From Curvularia clavata (Eukaryota), in assembly GCA_023920165.1 (NCBI GenBank), contig CP089275.1, forward strand, positions 4,340,001 through 4,404,000: a stretch of DNA of 64,000 bases. The letters run 5' to 3'. The notes beneath the pieces were generated by a model that did no database searches, had not been told where the DNA came from, and saw only the letters and a program-made list of their open reading frames with translations. Below are positions 1-11,394 of the stretch, in pieces. The first letter of the stretch is position 1, and every line of letters begins with the position of its first letter. A program made the position numbers and the translations under genes.

Positions 1-239
1 ACTCCGAATGCACAAGCACCTCCGAAACCCCAGTACATGGCATTCTCCCAGCCCTCCTTCTCATATGTCTCGCCAGGCTTGACGCCAAACAGCCATCCTG
101 ATGGAGGGTCGTAGCTGGGTCCGTGTCCCGACTGCTTTGCTTGTGATCGCGAAAAGGCACGAGTGGTGGTGCGTGGGGTGGCGGAGAGGGCAGAGGCAAC
201 GGCGCGGGAGCCGCTGGTTGCGGCGCGGATCGAGTTCAT
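1..239 (-). CDS. NADH:ubiquinone oxidoreductase ESSS subunit (NDUFB11-like), 5' part; runs off the window edge
   Basis: Manual translation from ATG at 239: MNSIRAATSGSRAVASALSATPRTTTRAFSRSQAKQSGHGPSYDPPSGWLFGVKPGETYEKEGWENAMYWGFGG. Arg/Ser-rich mitochondrial presequence plus the YDPPSGWLFG..EGWE motif of fungal ESSS subunits. Not in the ORF track because the stop lies outside the window. Confidence 0.8.
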   Translation of the reverse strand, partial: MNSIRAATSGSRAVASALSATPRTTTRAFSRSQAKQSGHGPSYDPPSGWLFGVKPGETYEKEGWENAMYWGFGGACAFG

Positions 240-1231
240 TGCTTCTTCGTTGTCGGTGTAAAACCAGCTGAACAGGCCAATTCAATTGTGACGAGAGGTG
301 TCCCGGCGTGGGTTGAGGTGGTTGTGAAGCTGTGATAGGCGTAGGCGGTGCGTCGTCGGGTGTGAGGTTCGGCGTTCGCTGCGAGGGCTTGGCTTGGCGG
401 CGGAAAGCTAGCGCCGCTCGAGACGTCAGACCTACTTGACTTTGCTCGGTAAACGACGAAACTGCTTCATCAAGTACCAGAAACAGTACTCCAATTTATA
501 GTGAAGGACGATCGAAAATCAGTCCTTAGTTACGGGCTCCTGATGGTGTGCTGCGAGTTGTATCAGATTGCCGCAAGGATAATGCGTAAACACTACCTTA
601 GATGCTCTAAACATAGATTATTGGAAACTGGCGCCGACTCGAGAGGGCGAATACCGTGGATCTCAGTTGTGTATTCTGCAAAATTCATGTCTCCCCAGTC
701 ATTCTGTACTGTATTGTGAGCGACATGGAGAGGCCAACGGCTGCGCTGATCGCGGAGACTATGTCAGATATGTTTGATGAAAGCATCTTGACTGTGAAAG
801 AACTTAACCTTCTGTTTACAACGATAATCAGCATTAGGCATTGCCAAATATGTTGAAAGGCGTTCACTCAGAGCACCTTTTTTGCATTACACGACCCAGC
901 TCTGTAAGCACTTCTTCAAGCGACACCCTGACATTGAGAGATGGAGGGAACAAGCGTATTGTGCTCCGTTTGCTCTTGCTCTCGCTTTCTCATTCAAGTG
1001 CACGTGATGCACAGACGCGGTACAAAGTATGAGCGTGCCGCGAGTGTTGCCTTGTACCTCTGTTTGTCTCTTGCATCACGACAAGGCATTTATCTGCTCA
1101 AGCCTCTTCTTTCTCAACCAACACTCAACCAGATTTTGAAAATGCTCGCGCTATCGCATCAAGAACAGCTGAGCTGTTCCAATGTCAAGCCACGAGAAGC
1201 TCCCTGCCACTTTATTTCAGCTCTGGACAAC

Positions 1232-2240
1232 ATGACGGTAAGTGGTTTCTCGAGCAAGAGATCTTTCATTACTCATGCATGACAGCATCATACCGTCGCG
1301 ATTCAGAAGGCCGTAATGCCGGAACTATACACCTCAGTGCCTTCCACCCCACAAATTCACGTGCTTTACCTAGCCCCGGGACAACAAATCATTACCCCAG
1401 AACAGTTGATGGCATCGAATCCCGAGAAGATTGCCAAAGCAGGGGGCGGCGGACTTCTGAAAATCTCCCCAACAATGGCAGTCAAATACGGCAGTCATAC
1501 GTCTCTTATCGAGGCCAAGACTATGTTGTATGTAGCCGAGAGAACGTCAATACCCATCCCAAAGGTGTTTGCAGCATATGCGTACGGGCCGCTAAAGCGA
1601 GATTTTGCCGACTTTGGGAGTATCTACGACGTGTACATCTTCATGGAGTACATTGAAGGCGAAGACCTAGAGAAGTCATGGGGGAAATGCACTCCCGATG
1701 AGAAGCAAACGATCACGGCAGACTTGAAGAAGTATATGACAGAGCTTCGCTCCCTTCCAGCAGCCGATTACATCGGATCCGTGGATAAAGGTCCAGTCAC
1801 TGATGTTATTTTGGAGTGGTCCACAGATTCCCGAGGTCAGTTTCAACACACATACTGGTCAACAGCGATATCTCTAACTAGGTCTAGGTCCGTTTGAGAG
1901 TGTAGAGGACTTCCATGCTACCCTCGTTGACGCGTATATCACCAAATCGAAAAGAACTCACATGGACCCCTACATCCGCGGCATGATTGGTGCAAACAAG
2001 CATGCGATTGTCTTCACCCATGGGGACTTTTACCCCAGAAACATTATCGTGAAGGATGGTCGTGTCAAAGCAATCATTGACTGGGAGATGGCAGGGTGGT
2101 ACCCTGAGTATTGGGAGTTCGCTAAATCATTCTGGCTCGAGCGGTTCGTCGACGACTGGGGATTGCATCTACTCGGCGTTCTCACACCTTACTATCTTGA
2201 GCATTTGGTACATGCAAAGTTGATGTATGTACTGAGCTAG
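1232..2240 (+). CDS. Aminoglycoside phosphotransferase (APH)/choline-kinase-like protein
   Basis: ORFs 1316-1897 and 1962-2240 are joined by intron ~1836-1887 (GTCAGT..CTAAC..TAG). Motifs EAKTMLYV..IPIPKV, MEYIEG, HGDFYPRNI, IIDWEMAGWYPEYWE. Probable first exon ATGACG plus intron 1238-1285 is in frame; the start is uncertain. Confidence 0.85.
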
Positions 2241-2833
2241 CTGGCTATCAAGCTGCTATCAACGGTGCAGAGAAACTGCAACTACTGTCGTAGAGCGAAG
2301 TGTATAATTTCAAGATCGCCGAGAAGCCATCCTATAGACATTTGAGCGTGTGAAATAGAAATTCTACAGTTAGGCGCGCAGACTAGGTAAATATGTCTAT
2401 ACGAATAGTCGTATGCCGCTTTTCCTACAGATATCATCCCGAGAAACTGCATATAGATATCCGCATGCACCTACAAAGTGAGATAATTGAGTCCAAGACT
2501 AGCTCTTGTGACAGATACATACGAGGACAAGTCGTAAGATGTAGCAATATACGGCATGCTAAGAAAATCTTCCTTTGGAAATCCAGGCTACTGGCGTACT
2601 GAGATGGCTGTATGAAAACGGCGTCACCACAACAGCCAGGATCACTGTCAAAATCACCAAAATAGCATAAGCACACATAGGAGTTTATACAAATCATTCC
2701 ATTTCTTCACTTTCTGCATATGGCAGAGTTAAGCTCTCGTAATTGAGAGTTGGAAGTTGAGTTGTGTCAGGACTGCTGAGTGACTGCACCTTGTAGTAAG
2801 AGCAGTTTTGTCCGACTGAGTGTATCGTGAGGT

Positions 2834-3244
2834 CTACACAATTGGAACGCCAGTTTCGATAACCGCAAGAACCCTCTCGATGATCTCTTCAACCCAGGCA
2901 GCGCACTCCCTGGTGGGGATATTTGGATCTAACGGGGCGGGCGCGGAAGGGTCGTACGGAGGAGAATTGTTGGAGGCGATGTAGTGGAAGCTCGCCAGAA
3001 AAGCGCCCGACATCTTGAACACTTCCTCTTACTCCATGAGGACTCGGCTTTTACCAAAGTTGTAGTTAGGGCGGTAAAAGAAACGCATTCCTTCGACAGG
3101 GTTGCCAGTGACCTGGTAATATCGGCCGATGCCCTTATCTTCCTGGTCTTCACGAACCACACCGAGGGCGACGTGGGCGGGACTGTATCCTTGCCAGAAC
3201 TTGAGCTTGTAGATAATGTAAACTACAGGATTCGTAGTAGACAT
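2834..3244 (-). pseudogene. Small fungal protein (DUF6540-like) interrupted by an in-frame TAA
   Basis: ORFs 3029-3244 and 2834-3022 share one frame, separated only by TAA at 3029-3031. The joined peptide shows the HVALG..YQVTGNP.EGM..NYNF..PP..RECAAWVEE pattern. Confidence 0.55.
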
Positions 3245-4592
3245 GGTGTATAGTAAGGAAGAGGTACTTGAAGATAAGAGGTTATATGTGGAATGAGTAT
3301 ATGGAAGTTAAGGAGTTGAATATCTGGGGAGCAGTTGTCTATCTGTTGAGGAAAGGGGAGAGAAAAAGGGTTTGGGTGCAACTGGAGCCAAAAATATAGG
3401 AGCGGGAGAAGCTGGACGAGCAAACGAAATCACAGTGGTGTTGACCGTAAGGATATCCTGGCGTTTGCTGGCTGGTAAGATTTGCTCGTGTGACGGTGGA
3501 TAATACTACGGTGAAGCTACCCTCCTTGCCTGTTTCGATATCCATTGGCTGTTTGTACTGACAAAGTAGGTAGCATTGCTTTCAAAATTCTGGTCAGGCA
3601 CTATGTCTGCCTACTACATCCACGTAATTGACGCAATTTATTGATCTAAGCAAACGGACCAATGCTATAATGAACACAACTTCCTCTTGTCTACTTCTTG
3701 CTAAGAGCGGTAAGTGAGCGGTCGAAAGCATAACGAACGGCAAGTACGTATTGATAAGAGTAACGTGATCTGACAGCCTAGGGTCATAGGGGATCTGCGA
3801 ACGAAGTCCCCTTCTAAGAGTGATCCAGGATGTCACATTTTCTGACACTTTAACTGACCCAAATCATTGCATTCAATTGGCTTCAGTTCTAGCGCCCTCT
3901 GATGCTCGTATTAGCGCTGGTGGTAATCTCTATCATAGTATCACTGTCGATCGCGTTGTCAGAGCCTCATCTGGGATAGGCGGCTGAGATATTGTCTTTA
4001 TAATCTGCTGCGGCCGAACCCTCTGCCGCACTGTTTTGTGTCGAATTTCGAACTTACTCTAATGAATGAGCGGAGTATGCGGTCGACAGTATCTCACGCC
4101 CCATTGAGTCGTCACTAGTTTCTGTGATTCTCAAGACTAATGTCATCTTAACCCCCACAACAACAAGCGCTGGACGTGGCACAATCAGTATCTCTTAATC
4201 ACAGAAAAGTTTAACCAACTTTAAAAAATATCCCCAATTGTTCCGATATGCTCACGGGTTCTGTGATGACCCCCAAGTCGCGATCATATCTGTACGTTTT
4301 TGGAAAAAATAGTATGGATTGCAGACTCCAGATCTTGATTGAATTATGTGGAGTGTGAAAGCACGCCACTGCCCACTTGCAGATGCGATTGACTCTACTT
4401 TTCCAGTCAAAAAAAAGAAAAAAAGTTTCACGCAAGGCGTTCATCATCATGATGCGTAGCTCACCGGTAGTCCGTATTATAAAGTTATATGGTATATGCA
4501 ACAGCGTAGCCCGACGCTCGTCACGCTCGCTCGCAGTGGCATCTCGTCATATCCTATGCAAATGCAGATACTCGTCAACATTTCTTCGGCCG

Positions 4593-5286
4593 TCAATTCC
4601 GCCTATATTTTGCAGGGATGTTCTGCTCGATAACGCCCCTAAGCTCCAGTCGCTCCCACTCCTCCTGCCTAGCCTCCTTCTCCTCGTGCATCTTGAAATG
4701 CGCAATATCCTCCGGATGAATCAGGTCCTCCTCTTTGACATTGTCGCCGCTATGATACTTCTCCCAGTGGTGGATCTCGTATTCATATTCGTCATCTCCG
4801 TGATGTCCTGGACCGAAGCCAAAGTCTGGTAGCTTGGTACCTTGCGCGTCTTTTTGGGTGAATTCTTCCAGGGTAATTGTGCCGTCTTTGTTGATGTCGA
4901 ACATGTCGAGGATAGTTTGAACGACCATTTGTTTCTTGATCTCTGATATTGAAGCGCTGGATTCGTGTTCGAGACCATAGGTCCGTCGAATGTCCTGGGC
5001 TGTCCAGAGACCAGTGTCGTCATAGTCGTGAATGCGGAAAAAGTAATCAGCGTCGAAGCCGGATATGTGGTGCTCTTCTGTTAAATGGTTAGTCGGTATC
5101 CCATTCTTACGCGCTTCACCATGTAGAGATTGTAGGGTATTCCATACCAGCCATGTGTCGGGTCGCCCAGTCGGCATCTGGTGGAACTTCGATTGGTGCA
5201 TGCTCCTTGCTGCCATGCGCCGAGGCATTGAGCGCACATGACAGTAGCAAAAGTGCGCCGAGAGGGACCTGTAGTATGCGAAACAT
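4593..5286 (-). CDS. SSP120: Secretory-pathway EF-hand protein Ssp120
   Basis: Signal peptide MFRILQVPLGALLLLSCALNASA; DWATRHMA|EEHHI across an intron at ~5079-5147; EF-hands DYDDTG and DINKDG; PDFGFGPGHHGDDEYEYEIHHWEKYH motif. Confidence 0.9.
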
Positions 5287-5460
5287 CTTCTTTTGATTTG
5301 TGAAGCTCGAGAAGAGAGAACGAGTGAGTTGAGTCGCGCGTTGCGGAACAGGGGCTCGGTAGGACCGCTGGCCAATCGCCGACACTATGTCATGAGGGTC
5401 TCGAACGCATGTGGAGGCCGCCTGGACCTCTTGTCGCATCCACAACACCATCAATCCACA

Positions 5461-5706
5461 ATGAACGTATTAGTTCTCTTGAGTCTGTTACTCTTCATCC
5501 CCTTCCTTTTCTTTCTTGCCTTTCTGGCTGCATCCTCGTGCATGGGCGAGGGCTTTCGTGCCAGAATCGCGGGCGTTACATTTAACCCTCGGAACGCGTC
5601 TTTCGGTCGCAACTACACACGTGGGTTTGGGTCTGGGGCTGGTAGTGCGGGGTGGGAACAGATTGAGATGGAAGATATGCTGGGAGAGGACAGCGATTCG
5701 GAATGA
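5461..5706 (+). CDS. Small (81 aa) putative single-pass membrane protein
   Basis: ATG in a CACAATG context; N-terminal hydrophobic stretch VLVLLSLLLFIPFLFFLAFLAA; acidic tail WEQIEMEDMLGEDSDSE; fills the gap between SSP120 and ELP4. Confidence 0.55.
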   Translation: MNVLVLLSLLLFIPFLFFLAFLAASSCMGEGFRARIAGVTFNPRNASFGRNYTRGFGSGAGSAGWEQIEMEDMLGEDSDSE

Positions 5707-5794
5707 GGAAGATCTCTGCATTGACGGGGTTTGCATTATGCTTGCCAACTCGGTGCTTTGCCGGGTGTCTTATGCAGCAGAGGAACTACACGTT

Positions 5795-7058
5795 CTAGAA
5801 CTCTAAGTCCTGCTTCTTCGGCATTGTACTACCACCAGCCGCCTCTCTTACAGCTTCCTCCTGGGCCTCAGTATCCCCCTCCATCGGCGGCAAGCTAAAC
5901 TTTGCAATCACAAACTTCCGCCGGCTCAACGTAAACGCCATATCTTCGCCCAGATCCTCCACGCTTCCACCACCGCCTTTTTCATGGAACACTGGTAACT
6001 TATGTACTGCAAACATGCCTTGTGGTCTTTCCTCGTCCTTTGTAGTGCCTGCAGATTGCGCAAGTGCTTGCATTCGCGAATAGGGAAATGGGGATAGCTC
6101 AAAGACACCATCTGAGAGGATCTCCATCCAGCGGACAAGGCCAGACGAGCGGGGATACAGTGTCAGCGGAAGCGTTATCATTGCGGTCAAGCGCGTGGAG
6201 TACTGCCGCAGCAGTGCCCGAAGAGCATGTAGGAACTGGAGTATGGCGGTTGGGTGTGCGGATGACGAAGGGTATAGGGCTGGCAAGAGGAGCGAAGGTA
6301 TTACAATCCGATGGATGGTATCAGAGGGCGTCGAGGCTAGTTGCTGCCTTATGTTCTGTAGTATCAAGGGAAAGGATGACGCGGAAGCGCCTGTTGGCGA
6401 AGGTATGGGCACATAGTTGATGGCTGTTCCCACCGGCAGAGTGAGGCGTTTCGCGAGATCAAAGATATGGCAGAAAACGCCTTGTTCTTCTGCTGTGCTG
6501 TCACCTTGGCTTGCGGTTCTTTGTACACCTGGAGAGCCTGGCATATGCCCAGTCAGAATAATTCAAGAAACGCATCCCATTCTGACTAAATACACATGAC
6601 GCACCTCTAGCAGTCTCGAATTGACCCAGTCCCTCATACCTCCACGCTATCTTCATCTTCTCTGCTCTTTCCTTGCCCTCTTTCCGCTTGTCTACTGTGC
6701 CCTCGGATATGCCTGGTAACTCTCTGCCCCACACCTCCCCCATTCCAACCACATGTACTTTGTGGCCTTGGACCACTCCTTCAGCAGCGTAGAACCGCAG
6801 TAACGCGCCTGCATAGTCAGTCGTCCCACTCTCTCCTATTATTATAGAGTGCCCTAGTGCCAGGCCGGCATGTCCTGCGAGTATACCATCGAGCGAGGGT
6901 GTGCCAGTTGACGTAGTGGGGCGGCCGTCGATGGGTGAAGGGCGGACACCTGGCGGTGCTGGCGCCGGCGGTGCTACAGAGGGAGTAGAGGGAGAATTTG
7001 GCGCGTGTTCTCCAGTTGGTGCGCGTGAAAGCGCTACATTGCGCTTGCGGAAAGCCAT
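5795..7058 (-). CDS. ELP4: Elongator complex subunit 4 (PAXNEB family)
   Basis: MAFRKRN..GVRPSPIDGRPTTSTGTPSLD..GESGTTDYA..MKIAWRYE; C-terminal MAFTLSRRKFVIAKFSLPP..LEF; intron ~6538-6604. Confidence 0.92.
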
Positions 7059-7416
7059 CTCTGTGATTTGAGAATAGTGAGTCGCGACATGTAGAAAATG
7101 TTGGAGGGGCTATCGATAAGCCTACTTAGGTAGCGCTAGACGTCATCTGCACCTTGGATCTTCACCATAACCAAAGATGGTAGCAGCTTTGATCATTTTT
7201 GTTTTCACTTGCTTGTGATATGCACCTTGCATTGCCATATTAGTAAAGAATGTGGCAGAGGCCTTCCAGAACAGAGGTGGTGTCTGCCATAACCTTCAGT
7301 AGACTGGAGCATCGCACATCATATCTTATTCGAAGTACATGGGGTGCAGTTGGGTAGGCCGAGTGTTCATATTACAGGCTAGGAATTCATCGTTAGTACT
7401 TAGGATAAAAAAGGTG

Positions 7417-7690
7417 ATGAGATGTATCTTCTAGCACACCTGGTACGTATGGTTCCAGCATTTGCAAACTGAAGCGTGACCTACTGCTAAAAGAGTGCAC
7501 AATTCCCCAGACGTGTTGCAAAGGTAAAAGCAGCATCCGTGTGCAGGTCGCTTCTATGACAGAACCCAAAGCAAAAAGAGAGAAGGGCTGACATGGGTGC
7601 CACAGAGGTTCGAACGCACTGGTGATCGAACAAACCCCAAAAAGGAAAGGAGCCTGGTCCGAAGACCAGGCTGGTTCAGCGATAGTTTGT
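7417..7690 (-). ncRNA. Candidate structured non-coding RNA, family unassigned
   Basis: TATATATA at ~7729-7736 upstream; perfect AGCCTGGTC-TTCG-GACCAGGCT hairpin; further nested stems; ANANNA (ATAGAA) and a terminal ACA-NNN before a T-run; no credible ORF. Confidence 0.4.
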
Positions 7691-8045
7691 TAGTCGCTAC
7701 TTTCCTGAGAATCTCTTAATTTTGTTAGTATATATAGGTATTTTTGTAATCATCATAGAAAGTGCAAAGTGGTGGGTGGCTTTGTGGTCAAGGCACATGT
7801 GGAAGGGCTGAATCGGAAAGGGCGTATGAACGCCGGAGCAGTGAACGAACAAACCCGCAGATAGGCTGGTACCTACCCACTTGTTTGTCAAACTGCCAAG
7901 GTCGCGAGCATTGTTTTCCAACCAAGCTTCGTTTTGTAACTCTTCTAAGCTAGCGGCGGAATCAAGTCATAGTTTTCGGCATCAAATAGCATAATTGTTG
8001 TTCATTAAACACCTCTCAATATCTCTGCAGCACGTCCTGACATAT

Positions 8046-9246
8046 CTATTTCTTTTTACCCGCAGCTTCTGTCGCACTCAGCTCCCGAATAAACACCTTG
8101 GTGACACCGTCTGGTACATCATCTATTCCATCCTCAAACCCTGGGCTGACGCCGATCGCCACGTACTTGCCGTCGTTTGAGAAATCAATGGTCTGGACAC
8201 TGGCTGGGAATTTCTGGTACTGTCGTATCCTCCTCTTTGCTACAGCATCCCAAAGAGCCACTATGCCGTCGCCGCCTCCTGTCGCAAAGGTACCGTGTAC
8301 TGGGTGGTATGCTAGTGCATGGACTGGATATACTATATCCTGACCGTCCACTTGCTGTCTGTGGCACTTGAATGCGTACTTTCGCGACTGCGACTCTTCG
8401 GATGGGTCAAACCATTCCACAGCAACACGTCCCTCGATGCTTGAACTTGAGTAACCAGCGTCGTTTGGCATGCATGATACAGCGCGTGTCATGTACTTCA
8501 TCGAGCTCTCTCTTTGTTGCCATGGCTCTACGCCCACCTCTTCTCCTCCACCAGTCTTAGCTGCAGCTGCTAGCTTCTCGAGTTCGTAGATGTTAACCGC
8601 CCTGCTGGCCATGGCAACGACCAATTTGGTGGGCGATGCGGAAAGTGAGAAAGGCTTCGAGGGTAGGCGGACGGCAGCGAACTCGCCTGGCTGTGATAGG
8701 TCGTGCAGATGCAGCGTAGAGTCCCACGATGAAGAGATCAGCAGGTTATGCGCTGCTGAGAAGAGCACGTTGCGTACGCCCTCCGAGTGCGTAGACATGA
8801 TAGTTTGCGCACCCGTCTCAAGGTCAATCCTACGCACTTCCCAGTCCAGACCGCATGAGAATGCCTCGTTATCGTCGCGACCAAAGCAGACGTCTAGTAC
8901 TGGCGCACGGTGTTCGAACTTCTGTAGCAGCTTTCCGCCGGGCTCAGCGTGGGTATCGTAGAGGTAGACATGGCGATCCCAGGAAGAGACGAGTAATCGC
9001 GTCGGATTGTTGGTCGCAAATTTGACGGAAGATATGGGTTCGGTTGGATTTTGCGCAAGCTCGAATTGACCTGTATACACGGTTCAGAATCTATATAATG
9101 TCGAATGTAGATTCGAAGGCCCACTACCACGGTGCGACAGCTTGCAGCACCTGCATTTACAGCACACGTTGAGCACAGCGCGCGTGACAGGCCGGCACGT
9201 AGCAGAAACCTAATGAAAATAGAAACAAGGACAACTTACTCGACAT
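8046..9246 (-). CDS. BUB3: Spindle checkpoint WD40 protein Bub3
   Basis: LLVSSWD, HRAPVLDVCF, SSIEGRVAVEWFDPS..KYAFKCHR, YPVHALAYHPVHGTFATGGGDG. 7-nt first exon ATGTCGA followed by intron 9071-9239. Confidence 0.93.
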
Positions 9247-9432
9247 GTTGGTGGTAGTGAGTGCTGTGACTGTCGAGAGCAGGGAGCTGGAGTGAGTGAA
9301 GCTCCACAGGTCGGAGGTCCGCAACTAAACAAATAACTTGGGATGCACGCGCTAAGGCCCCTCCAAAAGTTCCCAGCACCCCTCCCTTGTTCACTTTACC
9401 TCTCCACTAACGTCACTTTCACAACATCGAAT

Positions 9433-10683
9433 ATGCCATTCGCACAGCTAGTCATAGGCCCGCCAGGGTCGGGAAAGTCGACATACTGTGATGGCATGCA
9501 GCAGTTCATGAGCGCTATCGAGCGCAAGTGCTCCGTCGTCAACCTCGACCCCGCGAACGATCACACCTCGTACCAGCCTGCAGTAGACGTCCGAGATCTC
9601 GTCACCATTGACGAGATCATGGAGCAAGAGACACTGGGTCCGAATGGCGGAGTTTTGTTTGCACTAGAGGAGCTGGAGCATAACTTCGACTGGCTAGAAG
9701 AGGGCTTGAAGGAACTCGAAGGTTGGCATACATCAAATCGGCCTTGGTGGAAGAATGCTTACCCTTGACAGACGACTATATTTTGTTCGATTGTCCAGGA
9801 CAAGTCGAACTATTCACACATCATGGGTCGCTGCGGAACATCTTCTTCCGCTTACAAAAACTTGGGTATCGAGTATTCGCCCACCACCCATGACTGGCAA
9901 CTTGGGGCTAACGTCTCACAGCTTGTTGTCGTACACTTGACCGACTCAATAGTCTTGTCGCGACCATCGCTATATGTTTCTTCACTACTTCTTGCACTGC
10001 GCAGTATGCTGCAGATGGATTTGCCTCACCTGAACGTTCTTACCAAGATCGACAACCTGCGCAACTATCCAAACCTTCCTTTCAACCTCGATTTCTATAC
10101 CGAAGTCCAAGACCTCCATTATCTCCTGCCACATCTGAATCGCGAGCAGACATCCGGTATACCAGGTCCTACGACAGCAGGCGCAACCGAAGACATGGAC
10201 GTGGACGATGACGAACCAACCTCCAAGTTCTCTGCGCTGAACAAGGCAATTGTAGAGCTTGTCGAGGAGTTTGCGCTGGTGGGTTTCGAAACACTGGCAG
10301 TCGAAGACAAGAAGAGTATGATGACGCTTTTGCGAGCTATCGACCGAGCGGGTGGTTTCGCTGTGGGCGGAATAGAGGGGGTGAATGACACTGTTTGGCA
10401 GATGGCTATGCGCGAGAATGGAACGACCATGGACGCGCGCGACGTGCAAGAGAGGTGGTTGGACAGGCGAGACGAGTTAGACGAGGAGGAGAGGAAAGCC
10501 TGGGAAGAAGAGACCAAGGACATGCGAGACCCTCCACAACAGCCCGCACAGGCACCGCCAGCGGAAAAGCCTCCGAATAAACCAAAAGAAGGGGATAGTG
10601 ATGACGACATGGATGATTTGGAGGAGATGCGGCAATTTATGGAGAAGAACAGGGACAGTGGCGTCAAGATAATCAGAAAATGA
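9433..10683 (+). CDS. GPN2: GPN-loop GTPase 2
   Basis: MPFAQLVIGPPGSGKSTYC, VNLDPAND, LGPNGG, FDCPGQVELFTH, LPHLNVLTKID; introns ~9722-9771 and ~9873-9921. Confidence 0.92.
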
Positions 10684-11394
10684 TGGCTAAGTCACTGTCT
10701 GCATCAAGAGTACCACGATGGGCACAGGGATATTGCGGTGCTGAGTAGCTGATGAAGACAGTTGGGTCAATAATCTGTCTCCTGTCCAATTCTCAGCCAG
10801 GCAGCACCATTTGAGGTTGTTCTAGTCATGTACAATAGTTATCCATGTGCCCTACACATAGCCTATGCCGCTCAGGTTGGTGGCTAATATGGGAAGTACA
10901 AGAACAAGAGGAGGCACTGTCGGGCAAGCAATAATGCACAATGTGTGTATAGATAATGCCGATGGGTTGAAATATCCAGAGCCTGGCTAGCCTAGTATTC
11001 TGGTCTACTACTACCACTCCACCCATACACGGCAGAGCAAACGAACAGTTTGCGGGTGCTCATCTGAAACAACGCGTCGCGTCAGTTTACAGCTGCACGC
11101 GCCCCGCACTCAGCGCAGTACACTTGGGCCTAGCATGATACCAATACCATATGTGACATACCCGTCCGTCCACTCATACGCTAGACCATATTAGATCTTG
11201 TCGTCACTTTGGATACCTACTTGCCCCGGTCCCCAGACGCGCACATGCTTAAACGCAAGTCCTCTTGCGACCTCAGCACCCCCCACGTCTCCATCTTTAG
11301 CGACGACCCCACGCCCGGACGTCACAAGCGGAGGCGTACCCTCTTCCGCTCCAAGCCCAACAAACCGCAGTGGATACCCGAACCCCAGCGCGAC

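Noticed and set aside
7379..7394. CTAGGAATTCATCGTT resembles the snR57 guide (antisense to 18S around G1572)
   Set aside because: No box D follows at the required spacing and there is a central mismatch; treated as chance or a relic.
7380..7455. snR30/U17 m1- and m2-like motifs (ATTCCTA, AACCAT) on the minus strand
   Set aside because: They occur in the wrong order and no ACA lies 7 nt after m2.
7414..7472. GTGATGA...CTGA on the + strand as a box C/D snoRNA
   Set aside because: Very short, with no recognisable guide or terminal stem; overlaps the better-supported minus-strand structure.
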